Shown piece after piece: positions 30,383 through 39,059 of a stretch of 64,000 nucleotides of DNA (the stretch's first letter is position 1; every line of letters starts with the position of its first letter). The stretch is from Bdellovibrionales bacterium (lineage in GTDB: Bacteria > Bdellovibrionota > Bdellovibrionia > Bdellovibrionales > JAKFYE01). The translations under genes and the position numbers were made by a program. A model generated the notes under the pieces. It saw only the letters and a list, made by a program, of their open reading frames with translations. It had not been told where the DNA came from and did no database searches. The stretch covers positions 43,183-107,182 of the forward strand of contig JAKFYE010000022.1 in assembly GCA_021731045.1 (NCBI GenBank), in the 5' to 3' direction.

Positions 30383-31246
30383 TTATAAGCAAACCCTAAA
30401 GCTCAATGTCGGATTGTTGCTACACGAAATGTATTCCCATTGCCCTGACGTACAGCCGTTAGGTCTGGGAATATCACATTTAGAGCAGTTGTCTCCTTGA
30501 TACACACACTCAGCGCATCCTGGAGGACACGCGCAAATTTCGTCTGGATTACGAATAGGATTTCCGCATTTCTGTGGGGGTTGGGGCACTCCACATTCAC
30601 CTTGTTCGTGTAGCACGATCGCAGGGCCGGCATCTGTCGTTACGCCATCAACGCATCTTTTGTTTTGTTGAAAGGTTTTTATGATTTCAGCGCCGCTGCA
30701 TTCTTCGGAGGCGGTCCATTCGGCCGACCAGATATCGCCATGAACATGTCTACCACAATTGCAATAACCGGTCTCGCGAGCATTGATGTTTCTTACGGAT
30801 CCGACGTTTGTGGTTACGCCATTCTTGCAGGTTTTATCTTGAACTTGATCATAGAATAAAGTGCGCCCTACGCACGTCGGAGTGCCGGGTAAATTTCGGG
30901 CGACAATTTCGCTCCATGATGAACCGCTACTATGAGTTCCACACGCAAGTGGCGGTGGTGGGGGAGGTGTCGGAGTTGGCGCTGGTGTTGGAGTTGGACT
31001 TGGAGTTGGCGTTGGAGTCGGAGTCGGACTTGGAGTTGGAGTTGGAGACGGCACCGGCGTTGGACTCGGAGTGGGCGCTGGTGTCTTGGGTTCGGCTGGA
31101 TCTTCCGGGTTGGTTGGTGGCGCCGGCGTCGCAGATGTTGAGGACGGAATAGCTACGCTTCCTTTTTCAAATTTTGCGCTGTTACATCCAGTCAAAAAAA
31201 TGAAAGTAAAAACACAACTAAAAAAGAAATATTGTTTCTTGAACAT
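30383..31246 (-). CDS. Cys-rich lipoprotein with a Pro/Thr/Ser repeat linker
   Basis: ATG 31246 gives MFKKQYFFFSCVFTFIFLTGC (lipobox). A 46-aa PT(S) repeat is followed by a roughly 185-aa domain with about 20 Cys and an internally repeated C.(N/D)GVTT motif. Confidence 0.65.
   Translation of the reverse strand: MFKKQYFFFSCVFTFIFLTGCNSAKFEKGSVAIPSSTSATPAPPTNPEDPAEPKTPAPTPSPTPVPSPTPTPSPTPTPTPTPSPTPTPAPTPTPPPPPPLACGTHSSGSSWSEIVARNLPGTPTCVGRTLFYDQVQDKTCKNGVTTNVGSVRNINARETGYCNCGRHVHGDIWSAEWTASEECSGAEIIKTFQQNKRCVDGVTTDAGPAIVLHEQGECGVPQPPQKCGNPIRNPDEICACPPGCAECVYQGDNCSKCDIPRPNGCTSGQWEYISCSNNPTLSFRVCL
30947..31084 (-). repeat. Tandem short-period repeat DNA encoding the (P-T/S/A/V)n linker
   Basis: The plus strand reads ggagttgg/ggagtcgg/ggacttgg units repeated many times. 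It encodes TPAPTPSPTPVPSPTPTPSPTPTPTPTPSPTPTPAPTPTPPPPPP. Confidence 0.85.
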
Positions 31247-31412
31247 CGCGGCCCCCACACTTTTATTTATCGGAAATCACTAAAAAATTTAGACTGGACC
31301 ATTGGCAAATTTAGATCGGCAATGCTTTTAAGAAGCCTCTTTCATTGCTCGCCATATTTTAAAAAAAATGAATGTTTTAAAAAGTGTCTAAAAAATAGAT
31401 AGTCCTGAAGAA

Positions 31413-32165
31413 TTATTTTATAGAAACATTGACGATAGTTGCGAAATCTTTTGGTTCCAGACTCGCACCGCCCACTAAAAAACCATCGATGTTCAGTTGC
31501 GAGCCAATTTCGGCGGCGTTGTTAGGTTTGACGCTTCCGCCATAGAGAATACTCGTTTGAGTGGCCACATTTTCACCTGCAAGTTCATGAAGAACGCTTC
31601 TTAAATATTTATGTGCCTTTTCCGCTTGGTCTGGAGTTGCAACTTTTCCGGTTCCGATTGCCCACACGGGTTCATAAGCAATGATCAAACGACCTTGGAG
31701 ATCCGCTTTAGAAAGTCCCTCGCGGAGTTGCTTTTCGATGACCGCTTCGGTTTGCCCCGCATCTCTTTCGGCTAAACTTTCACCCACGCATAACATAGGA
31801 CTCATTCCAAAATCTTGAACGGCCTTAACTTTTTGTGCCAGGTAACTGTCGGTTTCTCCAAAAAGCGCGCGTCGTTCACTATGACCAACTAAAACTGCGC
31901 GGGCTCCTAAATCTGCAATCGTCTTCGGAGAGTTCTCTCCCGTAAAAGCGCCTTCAGCTTGAAAGTGACAGTTTTGTGCGCCGATATCGAGATTATGATC
32001 TTTGGTCACTTCGAGCATAGTTGGCAAACAAAGCGCGGTCGGAAAAATCATAATTCGTCGATGCAAACTACGAGTGATAAGAGGTAGAAACTCCATAACA
32101 AAACGTTTGGCCTCATGAGGTGTTTTGTACATCTTCCAATTTGCGGCGATGACAAATGTTCTCAT
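31413..32165 (-). CDS. tpiA: Triosephosphate isomerase
   Basis: Motifs NWKM, VGHSERR and AYEPVWAIGTG. ATGA overlap with pgk. Confidence 0.95.
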   Translation of the reverse strand: MRTFVIAANWKMYKTPHEAKRFVMEFLPLITRSLHRRIMIFPTALCLPTMLEVTKDHNLDIGAQNCHFQAEGAFTGENSPKTIADLGARAVLVGHSERRALFGETDSYLAQKVKAVQDFGMSPMLCVGESLAERDAGQTEAVIEKQLREGLSKADLQGRLIIAYEPVWAIGTGKVATPDQAEKAHKYLRSVLHELAGENVATQTSILYGGSVKPNNAAEIGSQLNIDGFLVGGASLEPKDFATIVNVSIK

Positions 32166-33370
32166 GAATACCTCTTAGCTTTTAGAGACTCTAAGCCAGG
32201 CAGTTTTTTGCCTTCGAGAAATTCAAGACTGGCGCCACCACCTGTAGAAATATGGGTCATTTTGTCGGCAAAACCAGATGCGTTAACAGCTGCGGCCGAG
32301 TCACCCCCACCAACAATTGTTTTTGCCTGGGATTCGGCTAACGCGGCGGCAATTCCAAAAGTTCCTTTGCTATAGAGTGGGTTTTCAAAAACACCCATGG
32401 GTCCATTCCAAAAAATAGTTTTCGCTTTTGAAATTTCATTTTTATAAAGTTGTAAAGTTTTAGGCCCAATATCAAGACCCATAAGATCACCCGTAATTGT
32501 TTCGTCGCGAGTTGTTTGGGGCTTAGAATCCTCAAGAGAGGTTCCGACGATATGGTCCACAGGGAGGAGAATTTTTTTGTCGCGTGCTTCAATGCGTTCA
32601 ATAAGATGACGTGCAAAATTCAATTGATCTTTTTCAACTCTCGATTTTCCGACGCTAGTTTTTTTTGCGGCTAAAAATGTATAAGCCATCGCTCCGCCAA
32701 TAATAAAGCCGTCAACTTTGTCCATTAGGTTTTCAATAACCGAAATTTTATCACTCACTTTTGCGCCGCCGAGAATGGCAAGGTAAGGGGCTTCGGCTCC
32801 CGACAAAAGTGTCGAAAGCATTTCGATTTCTTTGTACATTAAAAACCCGGCTCCCTTTTGCGACACCAGGGCGGGCAAAGCTGAAATCGATGCGTGTGCT
32901 CGGTGGCTCGCACCAAAAGCATCGTTAATATAAACTTCGGTGTATTTTGCCCAGATATGCGCAAGCTCTTCTGAGTTTTTCTCTTCTCCTGGATCAAAAC
33001 GTAAGTTCTCAAGCAAGATTAAATTAGTTTGTCTGCGAATTCCGGATAACAGCATTTTGGGCGCATCGCTTGAAGGGTCTTCAATCAATTCGACTTCGAT
33101 TCCTAAAAGTTCGCTGAGTCTTTCGGCGACGGGCTCGAGAGAATTATCACCACGATCCTCAGGTCCTTTAGGTCGACCTAAGTGCGAAGCGACAATAAGC
33201 TTCGCTCCAGATTCTAGACAGTGTTTGATCGTCGGAAGGGCGGCTAGAATTCGTGTCTCATCTTGGATTTTTCCTTTTTTAATTGGAACGTTGAGATCAA
33301 GACGCAAAAAAACGCGCTTACTATTCAACTCCAGATCTTTCACGTGTTTGATGCCCTCGAGCGCTGACAT
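32162..33370 (-). CDS. pgk: Phosphoglycerate kinase
   Basis: Motifs RLDLNVP, ASHLGRPKG and FWNGPMGVFE. TAATG overlap with gap. Confidence 0.95.
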   Translation of the reverse strand: MSALEGIKHVKDLELNSKRVFLRLDLNVPIKKGKIQDETRILAALPTIKHCLESGAKLIVASHLGRPKGPEDRGDNSLEPVAERLSELLGIEVELIEDPSSDAPKMLLSGIRRQTNLILLENLRFDPGEEKNSEELAHIWAKYTEVYINDAFGASHRAHASISALPALVSQKGAGFLMYKEIEMLSTLLSGAEAPYLAILGGAKVSDKISVIENLMDKVDGFIIGGAMAYTFLAAKKTSVGKSRVEKDQLNFARHLIERIEARDKKILLPVDHIVGTSLEDSKPQTTRDETITGDLMGLDIGPKTLQLYKNEISKAKTIFWNGPMGVFENPLYSKGTFGIAAALAESQAKTIVGGGDSAAAVNASGFADKMTHISTGGGASLEFLEGKKLPGLESLKAKRYS

Positions 33371-34374
33371 TAGAGTCCTTTCGCGACCATGTGTTTAGCA
33401 AAGTCGACCATGCGGTGAGAAAAGCCCATCTCGTTGTCATACCAAGACAAAACTTTGAACATTTTAGAATCAATAACCATTGTAGAGTCTAAATCTACAG
33501 TCGAGCTAAAAGGATTGCTCATGTAGTCTGTGCTGACCAGAGGTTCAGCTTCGCACGCCAGTACACCTTTAAAAGCGCCGTTCGCAGCAGAAATCAAAGC
33601 ATCATTGATAGATTCAACGCTGACATCTTTTTTTACTGTAGCTACAAAATCAACTAAACTGACGTTTGGAGTTGGCACACGAATCGACACTCCATCAATT
33701 TTGCCTTTGAGTTCCGGCAAAACCTCACCCACGGCGACGGCCGCGCCCGTTGTGGTTGGAATCATTGAGAGTGCCGCCGCGCGAGCGCGTCGCAAATCTT
33801 TATGTGCCCCATCAAGTAGGCGCTGATCATTGGTGTAACTGTGAATGGTGGTCATAAATCCACGCTCAATTCCAAATTTTTCGTGAAGCACTTTTACTAA
33901 TGGACCTAAACAATTTGTTGTACATGAGGCATTGCTCACAATGGTATGCGCTTTTGCATCGTACTGCGTATGATTAACTCCGTAGACAATAGTAAAATCC
34001 ACACCTTCTGCGGGAGACGAAACTAAAACTTTTTTTGCTCCGGCATGAACATGTTTTAAAAAGTCTTCTTTCTTTTTGAAAGCGCCCGTACACTCAAGAA
34101 CAAGGTCGACACCCCAAGATTTCCAAGGAATTTCTTCGGGCTTTTTTGTGTTGACCACCGGAATTTTTTTGCCATTTACGATCAGATTTTTTTCATCATG
34201 TTCGACGTTGCCTTTAAAGCGGCCGTGAGTGCTATCGTACTTTAATAAGTGCGCCATTTGCTCAATCGATGAGGCATCATTAATTCCTAAAATATCGAGA
34301 TCTTCAAACCCCGCGCGAAACAAAATGCGACCGATGCGACCAAACCCATTAATACCAACTCTTGGCTTTGCCAT
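33370..34374 (-). CDS. gap: Glyceraldehyde-3-phosphate dehydrogenase (type I)
   Basis: Motifs GINGFGRIGR, SNASCTTNCL and WYDNEMGFS. RBS AGGAG upstream. Confidence 0.95.
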   Translation of the reverse strand: MAKPRVGINGFGRIGRILFRAGFEDLDILGINDASSIEQMAHLLKYDSTHGRFKGNVEHDEKNLIVNGKKIPVVNTKKPEEIPWKSWGVDLVLECTGAFKKKEDFLKHVHAGAKKVLVSSPAEGVDFTIVYGVNHTQYDAKAHTIVSNASCTTNCLGPLVKVLHEKFGIERGFMTTIHSYTNDQRLLDGAHKDLRRARAAALSMIPTTTGAAVAVGEVLPELKGKIDGVSIRVPTPNVSLVDFVATVKKDVSVESINDALISAANGAFKGVLACEAEPLVSTDYMSNPFSSTVDLDSTMVIDSKMFKVLSWYDNEMGFSHRMVDFAKHMVAKGL

Positions 34375-34427
34375 GTGGACTCCTATTTAAAATATATGGA
34401 CGACTTTAAGAGCGTGAAGGTCTGCGG

Positions 34428-35210
34428 TCAAGACACGGGCAGCTTGCGGAATAACTTTTGTGCGTTCTGACGTGTTTGTTGGGCAAGCTCTAATATCGAA
34501 ATGCCTTTAAGGTCAGCAACGACCTGCGCAGTGTGGATCACATAGGCTGGAGTGTTCTTCTTTCCACGATGGGGCATGGGAGCTAAAAATGGGGCATCGG
34601 TTTCAACATGCAACCGGTCAAGAGGGAGTGTTCGCACAACATCTCGAAGACTCTCTGCGTTCTTAAACGTGACGACGCCACTAATAGAAATATTAAAGCC
34701 GAGTTCCAACGCGCGATCGGCCATCCATTGCGTACCCGTAAAACAATGAAGGAGGCCCTTAACTTGGCCTTTGAAACTTTTCAGAATTTCGTAAGTGTCG
34801 TGTTCGGCATCTCGCGTGTGAATTTCAACCGGTAATTGAGTATCGGCGGCAATTTGGAGCTGACGTTCAAAAACTTTTTTCTGCACCTCTGGATCTGAGT
34901 TTTTATAATAATAATCCAATCCGATTTCGCCGATGGCGACAACTTCCTTTTCTTGCGAATTTTTGCGGATAAAGTCTTCGGTGGGATCGTCAAAAAGATT
35001 GGCGTCGTGAGGATGAATACCCAAAGTGCAGCAAACTGACGGATAATTTTCTTTGGCAATTTTTAAAACGAGGGGCAGATCTTCGGGCGTCGTGCCGATT
35101 GTAAAAATTGTTTTAACCGCGGCGTCCTTCGCGAGACGCAAACTTTCGGGAACCGAAGTTTCAAGCATATTAAGATGTGCGTGTACGTCTATCCACTCAG
35201 CCGTTATCAT
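34428..35210 (-). CDS. tatD: TatD-family metal-dependent hydrolase/DNase
   Basis: 260 aa with motifs DVHAHL, GEIGLDYY, HTRDA and ETDAPFL. Confidence 0.88.
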   Translation of the reverse strand: MITAEWIDVHAHLNMLETSVPESLRLAKDAAVKTIFTIGTTPEDLPLVLKIAKENYPSVCCTLGIHPHDANLFDDPTEDFIRKNSQEKEVVAIGEIGLDYYYKNSDPEVQKKVFERQLQIAADTQLPVEIHTRDAEHDTYEILKSFKGQVKGLLHCFTGTQWMADRALELGFNISISGVVTFKNAESLRDVVRTLPLDRLHVETDAPFLAPMPHRGKKNTPAYVIHTAQVVADLKGISILELAQQTRQNAQKLFRKLPVS

Positions 35211-36171
35211 GACGTGATCTTGCCATGCTTTTTTGACTTTGCCACCATAGATTTTCTAATACGATTCCGCGGTCGATATTACCATTGAGGTCACGCTCCG
35301 CTTGCAAGGCGCATTGATTGAGTTCAGAAATACACTCGCCCGAAAGATGTGAAAACTCTTTAAAACCATTCATTCGGTCGGCGTGGATGATGGGTTCAAG
35401 ACCAACACTCATAAAACTAATATCTCTTACAAATTGTTGCCAAAGCGAAACCATCTGCAAGGCCGTTTCGCGATCAGATGCGAGCTCTTTAACCTGAGTA
35501 AACGCCCAACTTCTTTTGTCGCTTTCTTGAATGGACATAAAAACTTCAAGCCATGATTTTCTAAATGTTTCGTATTCAGGAGTCAGGAGCGAGGAGAGAC
35601 GATTGAGTTGGCCTTGACTGCTAATCACGGCCCATGCGGGAGCTCCCGTTAAGCTTTGAAGATCTTCAGGTCCAAGAGCTCCAAAGCGCACAGTCTGCGC
35701 GCGCGAGCGAATCGTTGTGAGTAAAGAGTTTTGTGACTGCGCAATCAAAATAAAAAAAACATTTTCGCCCGGCTCTTCTAAAGTTTTGAGTAAACTATTG
35801 GCCGCTTGAACGTTGAGTTTATCGGCATCATCTAGAATCACCACGCGCGCTTTACCCAAGGCGCGCAACGAGAGCCAGTCTTGGAGTTCGCGCGTTTGTT
35901 CAATTTTAATCTGGGCGCCTTGAGGTTGAAGGAGCTTAAGACTTTCGCTCGAGTTCTTCTCGATTCTTAAGCAAGGGCCACAGATACCGCAAGCATTGGG
36001 GGTTTTTTCGCAGACCAAAGCTTGTGCAAGTCCCAGGGCGACTTTCTTTTTTCCGACACCCGATGGGCCAATAAAAAGTAAAACGGGATGCAGACGAAAT
36101 TTTGCATTCATCTCTAGCAAATTTTGAATGACGGTCGCGTGACCTTTAATTTGATCTAAGAGACGAGCCAT
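35197..36171 (-). CDS. holB: DNA polymerase III subunit delta prime
   Basis: P-loop-like GPSGVGKK and Zn module CGICGPCLRI. Position after tmk matches the conserved tmk-holB order. 14-nt overlap with tatD. Confidence 0.85.
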   Translation of the reverse strand: MARLLDQIKGHATVIQNLLEMNAKFRLHPVLLFIGPSGVGKKKVALGLAQALVCEKTPNACGICGPCLRIEKNSSESLKLLQPQGAQIKIEQTRELQDWLSLRALGKARVVILDDADKLNVQAANSLLKTLEEPGENVFFILIAQSQNSLLTTIRSRAQTVRFGALGPEDLQSLTGAPAWAVISSQGQLNRLSSLLTPEYETFRKSWLEVFMSIQESDKRSWAFTQVKELASDRETALQMVSLWQQFVRDISFMSVGLEPIIHADRMNGFKEFSHLSGECISELNQCALQAERDLNGNIDRGIVLENLWWQSQKSMARSRHDNG

Positions 36172-36794
36172 TTTTTTTCTTTCAATTTTTGAAGGAGGGC
36201 GGTGGCTAAAGTCTCAGGTGATTGACTCGAATCTAAAACTATCCAACCGTCTTTATTTTCACTGGCTTGACGTAAATAACTTTGACGTACGCGTTCGTGA
36301 AATTCACTAGCTTCACGCTCAAATCGGTCATCCTCCGAGCTGTTTTTGACATTTCTGCCGTCACGGCGTTTACGGCTTTCTTCGACCGTTAAATCCAACA
36401 GGACGGTAACGTGTGGCCGTAAGCCGTCGGTGGCGTACTCATTTAGCCAATTAATTTTTTGCAAATCTAAACCTCGGCCTCCGTTTTGAAAGGCCACAGA
36501 AGATGCGGTAAAACGATCACACAAAACCCATTTTTTTTCTTTTAAGGCTGGGCGTATAACCGTTTCGACATGTTGGGCTCTTCCGGCTGCGTAAAGTAAA
36601 AATTCTGTTCGTGGAAGGGGAGCTTCGCCTTCGGTGCGCAGAAGTAGCGTACGGATTTCTTCAGCCAAAGGTGTGCCGCCAGGTTCGCGCGTGCGGATAA
36701 AACCAAGACCTTGGGCTTTAAGTTCGACACCTAAAGCATTAATAAGGCTTGTTTTGCCCGAACCGTCTAAACCTTCAAATGCGACAAAAACCAT
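36156..36794 (-). CDS. tmk: Thymidylate kinase
   Basis: Motifs FVAFEGLDGSGKTS and DRF.ASS.AFQ; 212 aa. 16-nt overlap with holB. Confidence 0.93.
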   Translation of the reverse strand: MVFVAFEGLDGSGKTSLINALGVELKAQGLGFIRTREPGGTPLAEEIRTLLLRTEGEAPLPRTEFLLYAAGRAQHVETVIRPALKEKKWVLCDRFTASSVAFQNGGRGLDLQKINWLNEYATDGLRPHVTVLLDLTVEESRKRRDGRNVKNSSEDDRFEREASEFHERVRQSYLRQASENKDGWIVLDSSQSPETLATALLQKLKEKKWLVS

Positions 36795-36932
36795 GCGGCT
36801 GATTAGACTATTGGCCTATCGAACAGTCATCAGGAATTTGCTGATCGGTTCGCGCTATTTAATGCCGTCGCAGTGCATTTAAGCCATATCAGGACTCCAT
36901 ATAATCAAAAATTCCGCCGAATTTATAGCAGC

Positions 36933-37913
36933 ATGTCAGGATCATCAGACCCGTCCACTACGATTAAAAACTATCGAGTCATTGTCGCAGACGATGATGG
37001 CCACCATTCACGTCGATTAGCCGATTTTTTAAAAGAGAAAAATTTTGATGTGAGAGTGGCGGGATCAGGTAAAGAATTAAAAGAATTACTAAGAGATCAT
37101 ACCTGGGTTCCACATTTTATTGTTGTCGATCTTATGTTAGGTGATGGCAATGTCATAGATATTTGCAAGTCTATGAAGGCACACCCATTACCTAATTATG
37201 CCGCTATAAAAACTTTAATTTATTCGAGTCACAATAGTTTGCAGAACGTACAGCAATGCTTAAAAGCTGGCGCTTCGGATTACGTTATTAAGCCGTTTAA
37301 ATTTGAGGACATGCTTGCGCGTTTGATATTCCAAATCCAAAACAAGCGTCAAGTTGCTGAGCCTGAAGCGGTCGAAAAAACAACAAGTCATGACGGTGGT
37401 TTCTATCTCCATTTGGTAGGATTAATTTTAAAAGAAGCTGCGCAATTTAAAAAGTTAGATGAGACATTGTTCAATCTTACAAAAATGCTCGCAATTACAC
37501 TGAAAGCTGTTCGTTGTAATATCGTGGAATGTGGTGAGGATCGTCAAACAGGTTACGTCAAAGCTTCAAGTGATGACCGCGCGGCAAAAGGCATCGAGCT
37601 TGATCTTAACCGTTACCCAGAAATTATTCACGTAATGAATACTGAGTCGGTGGTTGTCATCGAAAATTTAGATTATGATCCGACATTGGCCGAAATTAAA
37701 AAGTTATTTAAAAATATTTCGTTTAATTCGATTATGGTTTGTCCGCTAAAAAAACGCGGACGATTTTATGGCGTGATTTCGGTTCGCATGGATAAGAGTC
37801 ATGGTGGTTTTAAAGACGATGATATTCGTTTTGCACAATTGCTCGCTCACGTGGTTTCGCTCACGATCAGTTCGGATCTTCCACTGCCTATTGAACTTCA
37901 AACTCCCGCTTAA
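36933..37913 (+). CDS. Response regulator receiver domain fused to a GAF-like domain
   Basis: REC features are VIVADDDGH, the phospho-acceptor context FIVVDLMLGDG, and KAGASDYVIKPF. The C-terminal roughly 170 aa have a GAF-like pattern. Start chosen at ATG 36933 (GTG 36873 is possible). Confidence 0.75.
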   Translation: MSGSSDPSTTIKNYRVIVADDDGHHSRRLADFLKEKNFDVRVAGSGKELKELLRDHTWVPHFIVVDLMLGDGNVIDICKSMKAHPLPNYAAIKTLIYSSHNSLQNVQQCLKAGASDYVIKPFKFEDMLARLIFQIQNKRQVAEPEAVEKTTSHDGGFYLHLVGLILKEAAQFKKLDETLFNLTKMLAITLKAVRCNIVECGEDRQTGYVKASSDDRAAKGIELDLNRYPEIIHVMNTESVVVIENLDYDPTLAEIKKLFKNISFNSIMVCPLKKRGRFYGVISVRMDKSHGGFKDDDIRFAQLLAHVVSLTISSDLPLPIELQTPA

Positions 37914-38099
37914 AACTCACGCCTCCTCAGGCGCCTGGAGCACGCGCTCCACGTTCATAAGTATGTTGGCCCTTCCCATCACAGGTATCTTCACCTTGCC
38001 TCTGTGCCCTATACCGTTTTTTGTTGCCTAACGCCGTCGGCTTGATTAGTTTTTTCGTCACAACACTACAATTCAAATTTCAGCATGAAGGAATTTTAA

Positions 38100-39035
38100 A
38101 TGTCGCAACGCAACAGTGCAAAAGTGAAAGAAATTTTAAGTTGGTATGGCTCAGACAATCCCGGAACGCTCGCAAATTTTGCGCGTTTTCTCAACCATGG
38201 TAAGACGGGTGGTTCAGGCAAGATGGTGATATTACCTGTCGATCAAGGATTTGAACACGGACCTGCAAGAAGTTTCGGAAAAAACCCAGCAGGGTACAAT
38301 CCTCATTATCATTTTGAACTTGCGATTGAATCTGGCTGCTCTGCGTATGCTGCCCCTTTGGGATTTATTGAAGCCGGCACGCGCGAATATGCCGGCGAAA
38401 TTCCGTTGATCTTAAAAGTCAATAATTCGGACTCTCTTTACAATGGAGAAGGACCAATTTCGGCTGTCACGAGTTCAATCGACGCGGCACTTCGATTAGG
38501 TTGCGCTGGCATAGGATTTACCATTTATCCCGGTAGCTCTCGACGAAAACAAATGTATGAAGAACTTCAACGTCTAACTGAAGATGCAAAAAAAGCTGGA
38601 TTGGTTGTGGTGGTATGGTCTTATGCACGCGGAGAAACTATTTCGAAACAAGGTGAGGTCGCCGCCGATGTTATCGCCTATGCCGCTCAGATCGCCTGCC
38701 AATTGGGTGCGCATATTGTAAAGGTAAAACCACCATCTTCATTCTTGGAGCAAGACGCTGCTAAAAAAGTTTATGAATCAGAGAAAATCGCGGTGGGTAC
38801 GATGTCCGAAAGAATCAAACATGTCGTGCAAAGTTGTTTTAATGGCCGTCGAGTCGTCATTTTCTCTGGAGGAGATGCTAAAGACACCAACACTCTACTT
38901 AGCGAAATAAAAGAAATTGCAAAAGGTGGCGGGTTTGGCAGCATTATGGGACGTAACGCTTTTCAACGCCCTAAACCTGAAGCCGTGAAGTTGCTCAACG
39001 ATGTAATGGATATTTTTGTACAAGAGGCGAAATAA
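38100..39035 (+). CDS. fbaB: Class I fructose-bisphosphate aldolase (FbaB/DhnA type)
   Basis: ILPVDQGFEHGP closely resembles the E. coli FbaB signature ILPVDQGIEH. The Schiff-base Lys context is HIVKVKPP. RBS AAGGA upstream. Confidence 0.8.
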   Translation: MSQRNSAKVKEILSWYGSDNPGTLANFARFLNHGKTGGSGKMVILPVDQGFEHGPARSFGKNPAGYNPHYHFELAIESGCSAYAAPLGFIEAGTREYAGEIPLILKVNNSDSLYNGEGPISAVTSSIDAALRLGCAGIGFTIYPGSSRRKQMYEELQRLTEDAKKAGLVVVVWSYARGETISKQGEVAADVIAYAAQIACQLGAHIVKVKPPSSFLEQDAAKKVYESEKIAVGTMSERIKHVVQSCFNGRRVVIFSGGDAKDTNTLLSEIKEIAKGGGFGSIMGRNAFQRPKPEAVKLLNDVMDIFVQEAK

Positions 39036-39059
39036 TAGTCCGGTCATTTGAGGTATTAA

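Noticed and set aside
30808-31283. Plus-strand ORFs rich in W/R/G/V (30808-31152, 30932-31141, 31071-31283) across the PT-repeat region.
   Set aside because: They are the complement of the Pro/Thr-coding repeat of the minus-strand lipoprotein gene. The repetitive sequence keeps several frames open.
37914-38099. 186-bp gap between the response regulator and fbaB, examined for an sRNA, tRNA or terminator. Contains a GGAGC-acgc-GCTCC hairpin and a T6 run at about 38016.
   Set aside because: The hairpin is only 5 bp and not followed by a U-tract. There is no tRNA-like T-arm or anticodon structure. The 60-aa ORF at 38021-38203 overlaps the fbaB start. The evidence is insufficient for any call.
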